Assembly: GCA_964016885.1 (NCBI GenBank)
Contig: OZ024742.1
Location: 185,132,001 to 185,196,000, forward strand
Length of the DNA stretch: 64,000 bases
Direction: 5' to 3'
Source of the DNA: Eledone cirrhosa
Lineage: Eukaryota
The position numbers and the translations under genes were made by a program. The notes under the pieces were generated by a model. The model saw only the letters and a program-made list of their open reading frames with translations, ran no database searches and was not told the origin of the DNA. This document shows positions 25,801 through 39,000 of this stretch, piece by piece (position 1 is the stretch's first letter; each line of letters starts with the position of its first letter).

Positions 25801-28359
25801 AATTTGGGGGTAAGTTAAGTTGGGGTTAAGTTAAGTTGGGGTTAAGTTAAGTTGGGGTTAAGTTAAGTTGGGGCTGAGTTAAATTGGGGCTGTGTTAAGT
25901 TGGGGTTAAGTTAAGTTGGGGTTAAGTTAAGTTGGGGTTAAGTTAAGTTGGGGTTAAGTTGGGGTTAAATTAAGTTGGGGTTAATTTAAGTTGGGGTTAA
26001 GTTAAGTTGGGTTTAGGTTAAGTTGGGGTTGAGTTAAGTTGGGGTTAAGTTAAGTTGGGGTTAATTTAAGTTGGGGTTAAGTTAAGTTGGGGCTGAGTTA
26101 AGTTGGGGTTAAGTTAAGTTGGGGTTGAGTTAAGTTGGGGTTAAGTTAAGTTGGAGTTAAGTTAAGTCGGGGTTAAGTTAAGTTGGGGTTAAGTTAAGTT
26201 GGGGTTAAGTTAAGTTGGGGTTAAGTTAAGTTGGGGTTAAGTTAAGTTGGGGTTAAGATAAGTTGGGGTTAAGTTAAGTTGGGGTTGAGTTAAGTTGGGG
26301 TTGAGTTAATTTGGGGTTAAGTTAAGTTGGGGTTAACTTAAGTTGGGGTTCAGTTAAGTTGGCGTTCAGTTAAGTTGCGGTGAAGTTAAGTTGGGGTTAA
26401 CTTAAGTCGGGGTTAAGTTAAGTTGGGGTTAAGTTAAGTTGGGGTCAAGTTAAGTTGGGGTTAAGTTAAGTTGGGGTTATGTTAAGTTGGGGTTAAGTTA
26501 AGTTGGGGTTAAGTTAAGTCGGGGTTAAGTTAAGTTGGGGTTAAGTTAAGTTGGGGATAAGTTAAGTTGGGGTCAAGTTAAGTTGGGGTTAAGTTAAGTT
26601 GGAGTTAAGTTAAGTCGCGGTTAAGTTAAGTTGGGGTTAAGTTAAGATGGGGTTAAGTTAAGTTGGGGTTAAGTTAAGTTGGGGTTAAGATAAGTTGGGG
26701 TTAAGTTAAGTTGGGGTTGAGTTAAGTTGGGGTTGAGTTAATTGGGGTTAAGTTAAGTTGGGGTTAACTTAAGTTGGGTTTAAGTTAAGTTGGGGTTAAG
26801 TTAAGTTGGGGTTAAATTAAGTTGGGGTTAAGATAAGTTGGGGTTAAGTTAAGTCGGGGTTAAGTTAAGTCGGGGTTAAGTTAAGTTGGGGTTAAGTTAA
26901 CTTGGTGTTAAGTTAAGTTGGGGCTCAGTTAAGTTGGGGTTGAGTTAAGTTGGGGTCAATTTAAGTTGGGACTAAGCTAAGTTGGGGTTAAGTTAAGTTG
27001 GGGTTAAGTTAAGTTGGCGCTAAGTTTAGTGAAGGTTAAGTTAAGTTGGGGTTGAGTTAAGTTGGGGTTAAGTTAAGTTGGGGTTAAGTTAAGTTAGGGT
27101 TAAGTTAAGCTTGTGTTAAGTTAAGTTGGGGTTGAGTTAATTTGGGGTTGAGTTAAGTTGGGGTTGAGTTAAGTTGGGGTTGAGTTAAGTTGGGGTTAAG
27201 TTAAGTTGGGGTTAACTTAAGTTGGTGTTAAGTTAAGTTGGGGTCAATTTAAGTTGAGGTTAAGTTAACTTGGGATCAAGTTAAGTTGGGGTTAACTTAA
27301 ATTGAGGTTAAGATAAGTTGGGGTTAAGTTAAGTTGGGGGTAAGTTAAGTTGGGGGTAAGTTAAGTTTGGGTTAAGTTGGGGTTAAGTTAAGTTAGGGTT
27401 AAGTTACGTTGGGGTTGAGTTAAGTTGGGGTTAATTTAAATTGGGGTTAAGTTAACTTTGTGGTTCAGTTAAGTTGGGGTTAAGTTAAGTTGGGGCTTAT
27501 TTAAGTTGGGGTTAAGTTAAGTTGGGGTTAAGTTAAGTTGGGGTTAAGTTAAGTTGGGGTTAAGTTAAGTTGGGGTTAAATTAAGCTGGGTTGAAGTTAA
27601 GTTGGGGTTAAGTTAAGTTGGGGTTAAGTTAAGTTGGGGTTAAGTTAAGTTGGGGTTAAGTTAAGTCGGGGTTAAGTTAATTTGGGGTTCAGTTAAGTTG
27701 GGGTTAAGTTAAGTTGGGGCTTATTTAAGTTGGGGTTAAGTTAAGTTGTGGTTAAGTTAAGTTGGGGTTAAGTTAAGTCGGGGTTAAGTTAAGTCGGGGT
27801 TAAGTTAAGTTGTGGTTAAGTTAAGTTGGGGTTAAGTTAAGTTGGGGTTAAGTTAAGTTAGGGATAAGCTAAGTTGGCGTTAAGTTAAGTTGGGGTTAAG
27901 TTAAGTTGGGGTTAAGTTAAGTTGTGGTTAAGTTAAGTTGGGGCTGAGTTAAGTTGGGGTCAAGTTAAGTTGGGGTTGAGTTAAGTTGGGGTTAAGTTAA
28001 CTTGGGGTTAATTTAAGTTGGGGTTAAGTCAAATTGGGTTTGAGTTAAGTTAGGGTTAAGTTAAGTTGGGGTTAAGTTAAGTTGGGGTTAAGTTAAGTTG
28101 GGGTTAAATTAAGCTGGGTTTAAGTTAAGTTGGGGTTAAGTTAAGTTGGGGTTAAGTTAAGTTGGGGTTAAGTTAAGTTGAGGTTAAGTTAAGTTGGGGT
28201 TAAATTCAGTTGGGGTTAAGTTAAGTTGGGGTTAAGTTAATTTGGGGATAAGTTAAGTTGAGTTTAAGTTAAGTTGGAGTTGATTTAAGTTGAGGTTAAG
28301 TTAAGTTGTGGTAAAGTTAAGTTGGGGTTAAGTTAAGTTGGGGTTAAGTTAAGTTGGGG
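16868..28359 (+). repeat. Recent tandem duplication, 5,739-bp unit (copy 1 ~16868-22606, copy 2 ~22607-28345)
   Basis: Markers pair at a constant offset of 5,739: TATAATGTGG 17348/23087, CTTATCTT 19686/25425, CTTGTGTT 21371/27110, GATC 21535/27274. One difference was noticed, G18013 versus T23752. Confidence 0.93.
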
Positions 28360-31300
28360 TTCAGTTAAGTTGGGGTTAAGTTAAGTAGGGGTTCAGTTGG
28401 GGTTAAATTAAGTTGGGGTTAAGTTAAGTTGGGGTTAAGTTAAGTTGGGGTTAAGTTAAGTTGGGGTTGAGTTAAGTTGGGGTTAAGTTAAGTCGGGGTT
28501 AAGTTAAGTTGGGGTTAAGTTAAGTTGGGGTTAAGTTAAGTTGGGGTTAAGTTAAGTTGGGGTTGAGTTAAGTTGGGGTTAAGTTAAGTTGGGTTTAAGT
28601 TAAGTTGGGGTTAAGTTAAGTTGGGGTTAAGTTAAGGTGAGGTTAAGTTAAGTTGGGGTTAAGTTAAGTCGGGGTTAAGTTAAGTTGGGGTTAAGTTAAG
28701 TTGGGGTTAAGTTAAGTTGGGGTTAAGTTAAGTTCGGGTTAAGATAAGTTGGGGTTAAGTTAAGTTGGGGTTGAGTTAAGTTGGGGTTGAGTTAATTTGG
28801 GGTTAAGTTAAGTTGGGGTTAACTTAAGTTGGGGTTAAGTTAAGTTGGCGTTCAGTTAAGTTGCGGTTAAGTTAAGTTGGGGTTAACTTAAGTCGGGTTT
28901 AAGTTAAGTTGGGGTTAAGTTAAGTTGGGGTCAAGTTAAGTTGGGGTTAAGTTAAGTTGGGGTTAAGTTAAGTTGGTGTTAAGTTAAGTCGGGGTTACGT
29001 TAAGTTGGGGTTAAGTTAAGTTGGGGTTAAGTTAAGTTGGGGTCAAGTTAAGTTGGGGTTAAGTTAAGTTGGGGTTAAGTTAAGTTGGGGTTAAGTTAAG
29101 TCGCGGTTAAGTTAAGTTGGGGTTAAGTTAAGATGGGGTTAAGTTAAGTTGTGGTTAAGTTAAGTTGGGGTTAAGATAAGTTGGGGTTAAGTTAAGTTGC
29201 GGTTGAGTTAAGTTGGGGTTGAGTTAATTGGGGTTAAGTTAAGTTGGGGTTAACTTAAGTTGGGTTTAACTTAAGTTGGGGTTAAGTTAAGTTGGGGTTA
29301 AATTAAGTTGGGGTTATGATAAGTTGGGGTTAAGTTAAGTCGGGGTTAAGTTATGTCGGGGTTAAGTTAAGTTGGGGTTAAGTTAACTTGGTGTTAAGTT
29401 AAGTTGGGGTTCAGTTAAGTTGGGGTTGAGTTAAGTTGGGGGTCAAGTTAAGTTGGGGTTAAGCTAAGTTGGGGTTAAGTTAAGTTGGGGTTAAGTTAAG
29501 TTGCGGTTAAGTTAAGTTGGGGTTAACTTAAGTCGGGGTTAAGTTAAGTTGGGGTTAAGTTAAGTTGGGGTCAAGTTAAGTTGGGGTTAAGTTAAGTTGG
29601 GGTTAAGTTAAGTTGGGGTTAAGTTAAGTCGGGGTTAAGTTAAGTTGGGTTTAAGTTAAGTTGGGGTTAAGTTAAGTTGGGGTCAAGTTAAGTTGGGGTT
29701 AAGTTAAGTTGGGGTTAAGTTAAGTTGGGGTTAAGTTAAGTCGCGGTTAGTTAAGTTGGGGTTAAGTTAAGATGGGGTTAAGTTAAGTTGTGGTTAAGTT
29801 AAGTTGGGGTTAAGATAAGTTGGGGTTAAGTTAAGTTGCGGTTGAGTTAAGTTAGGTTTGAGTTAATTGGGGTTAAGTTAAGTTGGGGCTAAGTTAAGTT
29901 GGGGCTAAGTTAAGTTGGGGCTAAGTTAAGTTGGGGTTAAGTTAAGGTGGGGTTTAGTTAAGTTGGGGTTGAGTTAAGTTGGGGTTGAGTTAAGTTGGGG
30001 TTAAGTTAAGTTGGGGTTAAGTTAAGTTAGGGTTAACTTAAGTTGGGGTTAAGTTAAGTTTAGGTTAACTTAAGTTGGGGTTAAGTTAAGTTGGGGTTAA
30101 GTTAAGTTGGGGCTAAGTTAAGTTGGGGCTAAGTTAAGTTGGGGCTAAGTTAAGTTGGGGTTAAGTTAAGGTGGGGTTTAGTTAAGTTGGGGTTGAGTTA
30201 AGTTGGGGTTGAGTTAAGTTAGGGTTAAGTTAAGTTGGGGTTAAGTTAAGTTAGGGTTAACTTAAGTTGGGGTTAAGTTAAGTTGGGGTTGAGTTAAGTT
30301 GGGGTTTAATTAAGTTGGGGTTGAGTTAAGTTGGGGTTGAGTTAAGTTGGGCTTGAGTTAAGTTGGGGTTGAGTTAAGTTGGGCTTATCTTAAGTTGGGG
30401 TTAATTTAAGATGGGGTTAAGTTAAGTTGGGGTTAAGTTAATTTGGGGTTAAGTTAAGTTGGGGTTAAGTTAAGTTGGGGTTATGTTAAGTTGGGGTTAA
30501 GTTAAGTTGAGGTTAACTTAAGTTGGGGTTAAGTTAAGTTGGGGTTAAGTTAAGTTGGGGCTAAGTTAAGTTGGGGCTAAGTTAAGTTGGGGTTAAGTTA
30601 AGTTGGGGTTAAGTTAAGTTGGGGTCAACTTAAGTTGGGGCTAAGTTAAGTTGGGGTTAAGTTAAGTTGGGGCTAAGTTAAGTTGGAGTTAAGTTAAGTT
30701 GGGGTTAAATTAAGTTGGGGTCAACGTAAGTTGGGGTTAAGTTAAGTTGGGGTTAAGTTAATTTGGGGGTAAGTTATGTTGGGGTTAAGTTAAGTTGGGG
30801 TTAAGTTAAGTTGGGGTTAAGTTAAGTTGGGGCTGAGTTAAATTGGGGCTGTGTTAAGTTGGGGTTAAGTTAAGTTGGGGTTAAGTTAAGTTGGGGTTAA
30901 GTTAAGTTGGGGTTAAGTTGGGGTTAAATTAAGTTGGGGTTAATTTAAGTTGGGGTTAAGTTAAGTTGGGTTTAGGTTAAGTTGGGGTTGAGTTAAGTTG
31001 GGGTTAAGTTAAGTTGGGGTTAATTTAAGTTGGGGTTAAGTTAATTTGGGGTTAACTTAAGTTGGGGTTCAGTTAAGTTGGCGTTCAGTTAAGTTGCGGT
31101 GAAGTTAAGTTGGGGTTAACTTAAGTCGGGGTTAAGTTAAGTTGGGGTTAAGTTAAGTTGGGGTCAAGTTAAGTTGGGGTTAAGTTAAGTTGGGGTTATG
31201 TTAAGTTGGGGTTAAGTTAAGTTGGGGTTAAGTTAAGTCGGGGTTAAGTTAAGTTGGGGTTAAGTTAAGTTGGGGATAAGTTAAGTTGGGGTCAAGTTAA

Positions 31301-34300
31301 GTTGGGGTTAAGTTAAGTTGGGGTTAAGTTAAGTCGCGGTTAATTTAAGTTGGGGTTAAGTTAAGATGGGGTTAAGTTAAGTTGGGGTTAAGTTAAGTTG
31401 GGGTTAAGATAAGTTGGGGTTAAGTTAAGTTGGGGTTGAGTTAAGTTGGGGTTGAGTTAATTGGGGTTAAGTTAAGTTGGGGTTAACTTAAGTTGGGTTT
31501 AAGTTAAGTTGGGGTTAAGTTAAGTTGGGGTTAAATTAAGTTGGGGTTAAGATAAGTTGGGGTTAAGTTAAGTCGGGGTTAAGTTAAGTCGGGGTTAAGT
31601 TAAGTTGGGGTTAAGTTAACTTGGTGTTAAGTTAAGTTGGGGCTCAGTTAAGTTGGGGTTGAGTTAAGTTGGGGTCAATTTAAGTTGGGACTAAGCTAAG
31701 TTGGGGTTAAGTTAAGTTGGGGTTAAGTTAAGTTGGCGCTAAGTTTAGTGAAGGTTAAGTTAAGTTGGGGTTGAGTTAAGTTGGGGTTAAGTTAAGTTGG
31801 GGTTAAGTTAAGTTAGGGTTAAGTTAAGCTTGGGTTAAGTTAAGTTGGGGTTGAGTTAATTTGGGGTTGAGTTAAGTTGGGGTTGAGTTAAGTTGGGGTT
31901 GAGTTAAGTTGGGGTTAACTTAAGTTGGTGTTAAGTTAAGTTGGGGTCAATTTAAGTTGAGGTTAAGTTAACTTGGGATTAAGTTAAGTTGGGGTTAACT
32001 TAAATTGAGGTTAAGATAAGTTGGGGTTAAGTTAAGTTGGGGGTAAGTTAAGTTGGGGGTAAGTTAAGTTTGGGTTAAGTTGGGGTTAAGTTAAGTTAGG
32101 GTTAAGTTACGTTGGGGTTGAGTTAAGTTGGGGTTAATTTAAATTGGGGTTAAGTTAACTTTGTGGTTCAGTTAAGTTGGGGTTAAGTTAAGTTGGGGCT
32201 TATTTAAGTTGGGGTTAAGTTAAGTTGTGGTTAAGTTAAGTTGGGGTTAAGTTAAGTTGGGGTTAATTTAAGTTGGGGTTAAGTTAAGTTGGGGTTAAAT
32301 TAAGCTGGGTTGAAGTTAAGTTGGGGTTAAGTTAAGTTGGGGTTAAGTTAAGTTGGGGTTAAGTTAAGTTGGGGTTAAGTTAAGTCGGGGTTAAGTTAAT
32401 TTGAGGTTCAGTTAAGTTGGGGTTAAGTTAAGTTGGGGCTTATTTAAGTTGGGGTTAAGTTAAGTTGTGGTTAAGTTAAGTTGGGGTTAAGTTAAGTCGG
32501 GGTTAAGTTAAGTCGGGGTTAAGTTAAGTTGTGGTTAAGTTAAGTTGGGGTTAAGTTAAGTTGGGGTTAAGTTAAGTTAGGGATAAGCTAAGTTGGCGTT
32601 AAGTTAAGTTGGGGTTAAGTTAAGTTGGGGTTAAGTTAAGTTGTGGTTAAGTTAAGTTGGGGCTGAGTTAAGTTGGGGTCAAGTTAAGTTGGGGTTGAGT
32701 TAAGTTGGGGTTAAGTTAACTTGGGGTTAATTTAAGTTGGGGTTAAGTCAAATTGGGTTTGAGTTAAGTTAGGGTTAAGTTAAGTTGGGGTTAAGTTAAG
32801 TCGGGGTTAAGTTAAGTTGGGGTTAAGTTAAGTTGGGGTTAAATTAAGCTGGGTTTAAGTTAAGTTGGGGTTAAGTTAAGTTGGGGTTAAGTTAAGTTGG
32901 GGTTAAGTTAAGTTGAGGTTAAGTTAGGTTGGGGTTAAATTCAGTTGGGGTTAAGTTAAGTTGGGGTTAAGTTAATTTGGGGATAAGTTAAGTTGAGTTT
33001 AAGTTAAGTTGGAGTTGATTTAAGTTGAGGTTAAGTTAAGTTGTGGTAAAGTTAAGTTGGGGTTAAGTTAAGTTGGGGTTAAGTTAAGTTGGGGTTCAGT
33101 TAAGTTGGGGTTAAGTTAAGTAGGGGTTCAGTTGGGGTTAAATTAATTTGGGGTTAAGTTAAGTTGGGGTTAAGTTAAGTTGGGGTTAAGTTAAGTTGGG
33201 GTTAAGTTAAGTTGGGGTTGAGTTAAGTTGGGGTTAAGTTAAGTCGGGGTTAAGTTAAGTTGGGGTTAAGTTAAGTTGGGGTTAAGTTAAGTTGGGGTTA
33301 AGTTAAGTTGGGGTTGAGTTAAGTTGGGGTTAAGTTAAGTTGGGTTTAAGTTAAGTTGGGGTTAAGTTAAGTTGGGGTTGAGTTAAGGTGGGGTTAAGTT
33401 AAGTTGGGGTTAAGTTAAGTCGGGGTTAAGTTAAGTTGGGGTTAAGTTAAGTCGGGGTTAAGTTAAGTTGGGGTTAAGTTAAGTTGGGGTCAAGTTAAGT
33501 TGGGGTTAAGTTAAGTTGGGGTTCAGTTAAGTTGGGGTTAAGTTAAGTCGCGGTTAAGTTAAGTTGGGGTTAAGTTAAGATGGGGTTAAGTTAAGTTGTG
33601 GTTAAGTTAAGTTGGGGTTAAGATAAGTTGGGGTTAAGTTAAGTTGCGGTTGAGTTAAGTTGGGGTTGAGTTAATTGGGGTTAAGTTAAGTTGGGGTTAA
33701 CTTAAGTTGGGTTTAAGTTAAGTTGGGGTTAAGTTAAGTTGGGGTGAATTTAAGTTTTGGTTAAGTTAAGTTGGGGCTGAGTTAAGTTGGCGTCAAGTTA
33801 AGTTGGGGTTGAGTTAAGAAGGGGTTAAGTTAACTTGGGGTTAAGTTAACTTGGGGTTAAGTTAAGTTGGGGTTAAGTTAAGTTGGGGTTAAGTTAAGTT
33901 GGGGTTAAGATAAGTTGGGGTTAAGTTAAGTTGGGGTTGAGTTAAGTTGGGGTTGAGTTAATTTGGGGTTAAGTTAAGTTGGGGTTAACTTAAGTTGGGG
34001 TTCAGTTAAGTTGGCGTTCAGTTAAGTTGCGGTGAAGTTAAGTTGGGGTTAACTTAAGTCGGGGTTAAGTTAAGTTGGGGTTAAGTTAAGTTGGGGTCAA
34101 GTTAAGTTGGGGTTAAGTTAAGTTGGGGTTATGTTAAGTTGGGGTTAAGTTAAGTTGGGGTTAAGTTAAGTCGGGGTTAAGTTAAGTTGGGGTTAAGTTA
34201 AGTTGGGGTTAAGTTAAGTTGGGGTCAAGTTAAGTTGGGGTTAAGTTAAGTTGGGGTTAAGTTAAGTCGCGGTTAAGTTAAGTTGGGGTTAAGTTAAGAT

Positions 34301-36020
34301 GGGGTTAAGTTAAGTTGGGGTTAAGTTAAGTTGGGGTTAAGATAAGTTGGGGTTAAGTTAAGTTGGGGTTGAGTTAAGTTGGGGTTGAGTTAATTGGGGT
34401 TAAGTTAAGTTGGGGTTAACTTAAGTTGGGTTTAAGTTAAGTTGGGGTTAAGTTAAGTTGGGGTTAAATTAAGTTGGGGTTAAGATAAGTTGGGGTTAAG
34501 TTAAGTCGGTGTTAAGTTAAGTCGGGGTTAAGTTAAGTTCGGGTTAAGTTAACTTGCTGTTAAGTTAAGTTGGGGCTCAGTTAAGTTGGGGTTGAGTTAA
34601 GTTGGGGTCAAGTTAAGTTGGGACTAAGCTAAGTTGGGGTTAAGTTAAGTTGGGGTTAAGTTAAGTTGGCGCTAAGTTAAGTGAAGGTTAAGTTAAGTTG
34701 GGGTTGAGTTAAGTTGGGGTTAAGTTAAGTTGGGGTTGAGTTAAGTTGGGGTTGAGTTAAGTTGGGGTTGAGTTAAGTTGGGGTTACGTTAAGTTGGGGT
34801 TAAGTTAAGTTGGGGTTAAGTTAAGTTTAGGTTAACTTAAGTTGGGGTTAAGTTAAGTTGGGGTTAAGTTAAGTTGGGGCTAAGTTAAGTTGGGGCTAAG
34901 TTAAGTTGGGGCTAAGTTAAGTTGGGGTTAAGTTAAGGTGGGGTTTAGTTAAGTTGGGGTTGAGTTAAGTTAGGGTTGAGTTAAGTTGGGGTTAAGTTAA
35001 GTTGGGGTTAAGTTAAGTTAGGGTTAACTTAAGTTGGGGTTAAGTTAAGTTGGGGTTGAGTTAAGTTGGGGTTTAATTAAGTTGGGGTTAAGTTAAGTTG
35101 GGGTTGAGTTAAGTTGGGCTTGAGTTAAGTTGGGGTTGAGTTAAGTTGGGCTTATCTTAAGTTGGGGTTAATTTAAGATGGGGTTAAGTTAAGTTGGGGT
35201 TAAGTTAATTTGGGGTTAAGTTAAGTTGGGGTTAAGTTAAGTTGGGGTTATGTTAAGTTGGGGTTAAGTTAAGTTGAGGTTAACTTAAGTTGGGGTTAAG
35301 TTAAGTTGGGGTTAAGTTAAGTTGGGGCTAAGTTAAGTTGGGGCTAAGTTAAGTTGGGGTTAAGTTAAGTTGGGGTTAAGTTAAGTTGGGGTCAACTTAA
35401 GTTGGGGCTAAGTTAAGTTGGGGTTAAGTTAAGTTGCGGCTAAGTTAAGTTGGGGTTAAGTTAAGTTAGGGTTAAATTAAGTTGGGGTCAACGTAAGTTG
35501 GGGTTAAGTTAAGTTGGGGTTAGGTTAATTTGGGGGTAAGTTAAGTTGGGGTTAAGTTAAGTTGGGGTTAAGTTAAGTTGGGGTTAAGTTAAGTTGGGGC
35601 TGAGTTAAGTTGGGGCTGTGTTAAGTTGGGGTTAAGTTAAGTTGGGGTTAAGTTAAGTTGGGGTTAAGTTGGGGTTAAATTAAGTTGGGGTTAATTTAAG
35701 TTGGGGTTAAGTTAAGTTGGGTTTAGGTTAAGTTGGGGTTGAGTTAAGTTGGGGTTAAGTTAAGTTGGGGTTAATTTAAGTTGGGGTTAAGTTAAGTTGG
35801 GGCTGAGTTAAGTTGGGGTTAAGTTAAGTTGGGGTTGAGTTAAGTTGGGGTTAAGTTAAGTTGGGGTTAAGTTAAGTCGGGGTTAAGTTAAGTTGGGGTT
35901 AAGTTAAGTTGGGGTTAAGTTAAGTTGGGGTTAAGTTAAGTTGGGGTTAAGTTAAGTTGGGGTTAAGATAAGTTGGGGTTAAGTTAAGTTGGGGTTGAGT
36001 TAAGTTGGGGTTGAGTTAAT

Positions 36021-39000
36021 TTGGGGTTAAGTTAAGTTGGGGTTAACTTAAGTTGGGGTTCAGTTAAGTTGGCGTTCAGTTAAGTTGCGGTGAAGTTAAG
36101 TTGGGGTTAACTTAAGTCGGGGTTGAGTTAAGTTGGGGTTAAGTTAAGTTGGGGTCAAGTTAAGTTGGGGTTAAGTTAAGTTGGGGTTATGTTAAGTTGG
36201 GGTTAAGTTAAGTTGGGGTTAAGTTAAGTCGGGGTTAAGTTAAGTTGGGGTTAAGTTAAGTTGGGGTTAAGTTAAGTTGGGGTCAAGTTAAGTTGGGGTT
36301 AAGTTAAGTTGGGGTTAAGTTAAGTCGCGGTTAAGTTAAGTTGGGGTTAAGTTAAGATGTGGTTAAGTTAAGTTGGGGTTAAGTTAAGTTGGGGTTAAGA
36401 TAAGTTGGGGTTAAGTTAAGTTGGGGTTGAGTTAAGTTGGGGTTGAGTTAATTGGGGTTAAGTTAAGTTGGGGTTAACTTAAGTTGGGTTTAAGTTAAGT
36501 TTGGGTTAAGTTAAGTTGGGGTTAAATTAAGTTGGGGTTAAGATAAGTTGGGGTTAAGTTAAGTCGGGGTTAAGTTAAGTCGGGGTTAATTTAAGTTGGG
36601 GTTAAGTTAACTTGGTGTTAAGTTAAGTTGGGGCTCAGTTAAGTTGGGGTTGAGTTAAGTTGGGGTCAAGTTAAGTTGGGACTAAGCTAAGTTGGGGTTA
36701 AGTTAAGTTGGGGTTAAGTTAAGTTGGCGCTAAGTTAAGTGAAGGTTAAGTTAAGTTGGGGTTGAGTTAAGTTGGGGTTAATTTAAGTTGGGGTTGAGTT
36801 AAGTTGGGGTTGAGTTAAGTTGGGGTTGAGTTAAGTTGGGGTTACGTTAAGTTGGGGTTAAGTTAAGTTGGGGTTAAGTTAAGTTTAGGTTAACTTAAGT
36901 TGGGGTTAAGTTAAGTTGGGGTTAAGTTAAGTTGGGGCTAAGTTAAGTTGGGGCTTATTTAAGTTGGGGTTAAGTTAAGTTGTGGTTAAGTTAAGTTGGG
37001 GTTAAGTTAAGTTGGGGTTAAGTTAAGTTGGGGTTAAGTTAAGTTGGGGTTAAATTAAGCTGGGTTGAAGTTAAGTTGGGGTTAAGTTAAGTTGGGGTTA
37101 AGTTAAGTTGGGGTTAAGTTAAGTTGGGGTTAAGTTAAGTCGGGGTTAAGTTAATTTGGGGTTCAGTTAAGTTGGGGTTAAGTTAAGTTGGGGCTTATTT
37201 AAGTTGGGGTTAAGTTAAGTTGTGGTTAAGTTAAGTTGGGGTTAAGTTAAGTCGGGGTTAAGTTAAGTCGGGGTTAAGTTAAGTTGTGGTTAAGTTAAGT
37301 TGGGGTTAAGTTAAGTTGGGGTTAAGTTAAGTTAGGGATAAGCTAAGTTGGCGTTAAGTTAAGTTGGGGTTAAGTTAAGTTGGGGTTAAGTTAAGTTGAG
37401 GTTAAGTTAAGTTGGGGTTAAATTCAGTTGGGGTTAACTTAAGTTGGGGTTAAGTTAAGTTGGGGTTAAGTTAAGTTGAGTTTAAGTTAAGTTGGAGTTA
37501 ATTTAAGTTGAGGTTAAGTTAAGTTGTGGTAAAGTTAAGTTGGGGTTAAGTTAAGTTGGGGTTAAGTTAAGTTGGGGTTCAGTTAAGTTGGGGTTAAGTT
37601 AAGTAGGGGTTCAGTTGGGGTTAAATTAAGTTGGGGTTAAGTTAAGTTGGGGTTAATTTAAGTTGGGGTTAAGTTAAGTTGGGGTTAAGTTAAGTTGGGG
37701 TTAAGTTAAGTTGGGGTTGAGTTAAGTTGGGGTTATGTTAAGTCGGGGTTAAGTTAAGTTGGGGTTAAGTTAAGTTGGGGTTAAGTTAAGTTGGGGTTAA
37801 GTTAAGTTGGGGTTGAGTTAAGTTGGGGTTAAGTTAAGTTGGGTTTAAGTTAAGTTGGGGTTAAGTTAAGTTGGGGTTAAGTTAAGGTGAGGTTAAGTTA
37901 AGTTGGGGTTAAGTTAAGTCGGGGTTAAGTTAAGTTGGGGTTAAGTTAAGTTGGGGTTAAGTTAAGTTGGGGTTAAGTTAAGTTCGGGTTAAGATAAGTT
38001 GGGGTTAAGTTAAGTTGGGGTTGAGTTAAGTTGGGGTTGAGTTAATTTGGGGTTAAGTTAAGTTGGGGTTAACTTAAGTTGGGGTTAAGTTAAGTTGGCG
38101 TTCAGTTAAGTTGCGGTTAAGTTAAGTTGGGGTTAACTTAAGTCGGGTTTAAGTTAAGTTGGGGTTAAGTTAAGTTGGGGTCAAGTTAAGTTGGGGTTAA
38201 GTTAAGTTGGGGTTAAGTTAAGTTGGGGTTAAGTTAAGTCGGGGTTACGTTAAGTTGGGGTTAAGTTAAGTTGGGGTTAAGTTAAGTTGGGGTCAAGTTA
38301 AGTTGGGGTTAAGTTAAGTTGGGGTTAAGTTAAGTTGGGGTTAAGTTAAGTCGCGGTTAAGTTAAGTTGGGGTTAAGTTAAGATGGGGTTAAGTTAAGTT
38401 GTGGTTAAGTTAAGTTGGGGTTAAGATAAGTTGGGGTTAAGTTAAGTTGCGGTTGAGTTAAGTTGGGGTTGAGTTAATTGGGGTTAAGTTAAGTTGGGGT
38501 TAACTTAAGTTGGGTTTAAGTTAAGTTGGGGTTAAGTTAAGTTGGGGTTAAATTAAGTTGGGGTTATGATAAGTTGGGGTTAAGTTAAGTCGGGGTTAAG
38601 TTATGTCGGGGTTAAGTTAAGTTGGGGTTAAGTTAACTTGGTGTTAAGTTAAGTTGGGGTTCAGTTAAGTTGGGGTTGAGTTAAGTTGGGGGTCAAGTTA
38701 AGTTGGGGTTAAGCTAAGTTGGGGTTAAGTTAAGTTGGGGTTAAGTTAAGTTGCGGTTAAGTTAAGTTGGGGTTAACTTAAGTCGGGGTTAAGTTAAGTT
38801 GGGGTTAAGTTAAGTTGGGGTCAAGTTAAGTTGGGGTTAAGTTAAGTTGGGGTTAAGTTAAGTTGGGGTTAAGTTAAGTCGGGGTTAAGTTAAGTTGGGG
38901 TTAAGTTAAGTTGGGGTTAAGTTAAGTTGGGGTCAAGTTAAGTTGGGGTTAAGTTAAGTTGGGGTTAAGTTAAGTTGGGGTTAAGTTAAGTCGCGGTTAG

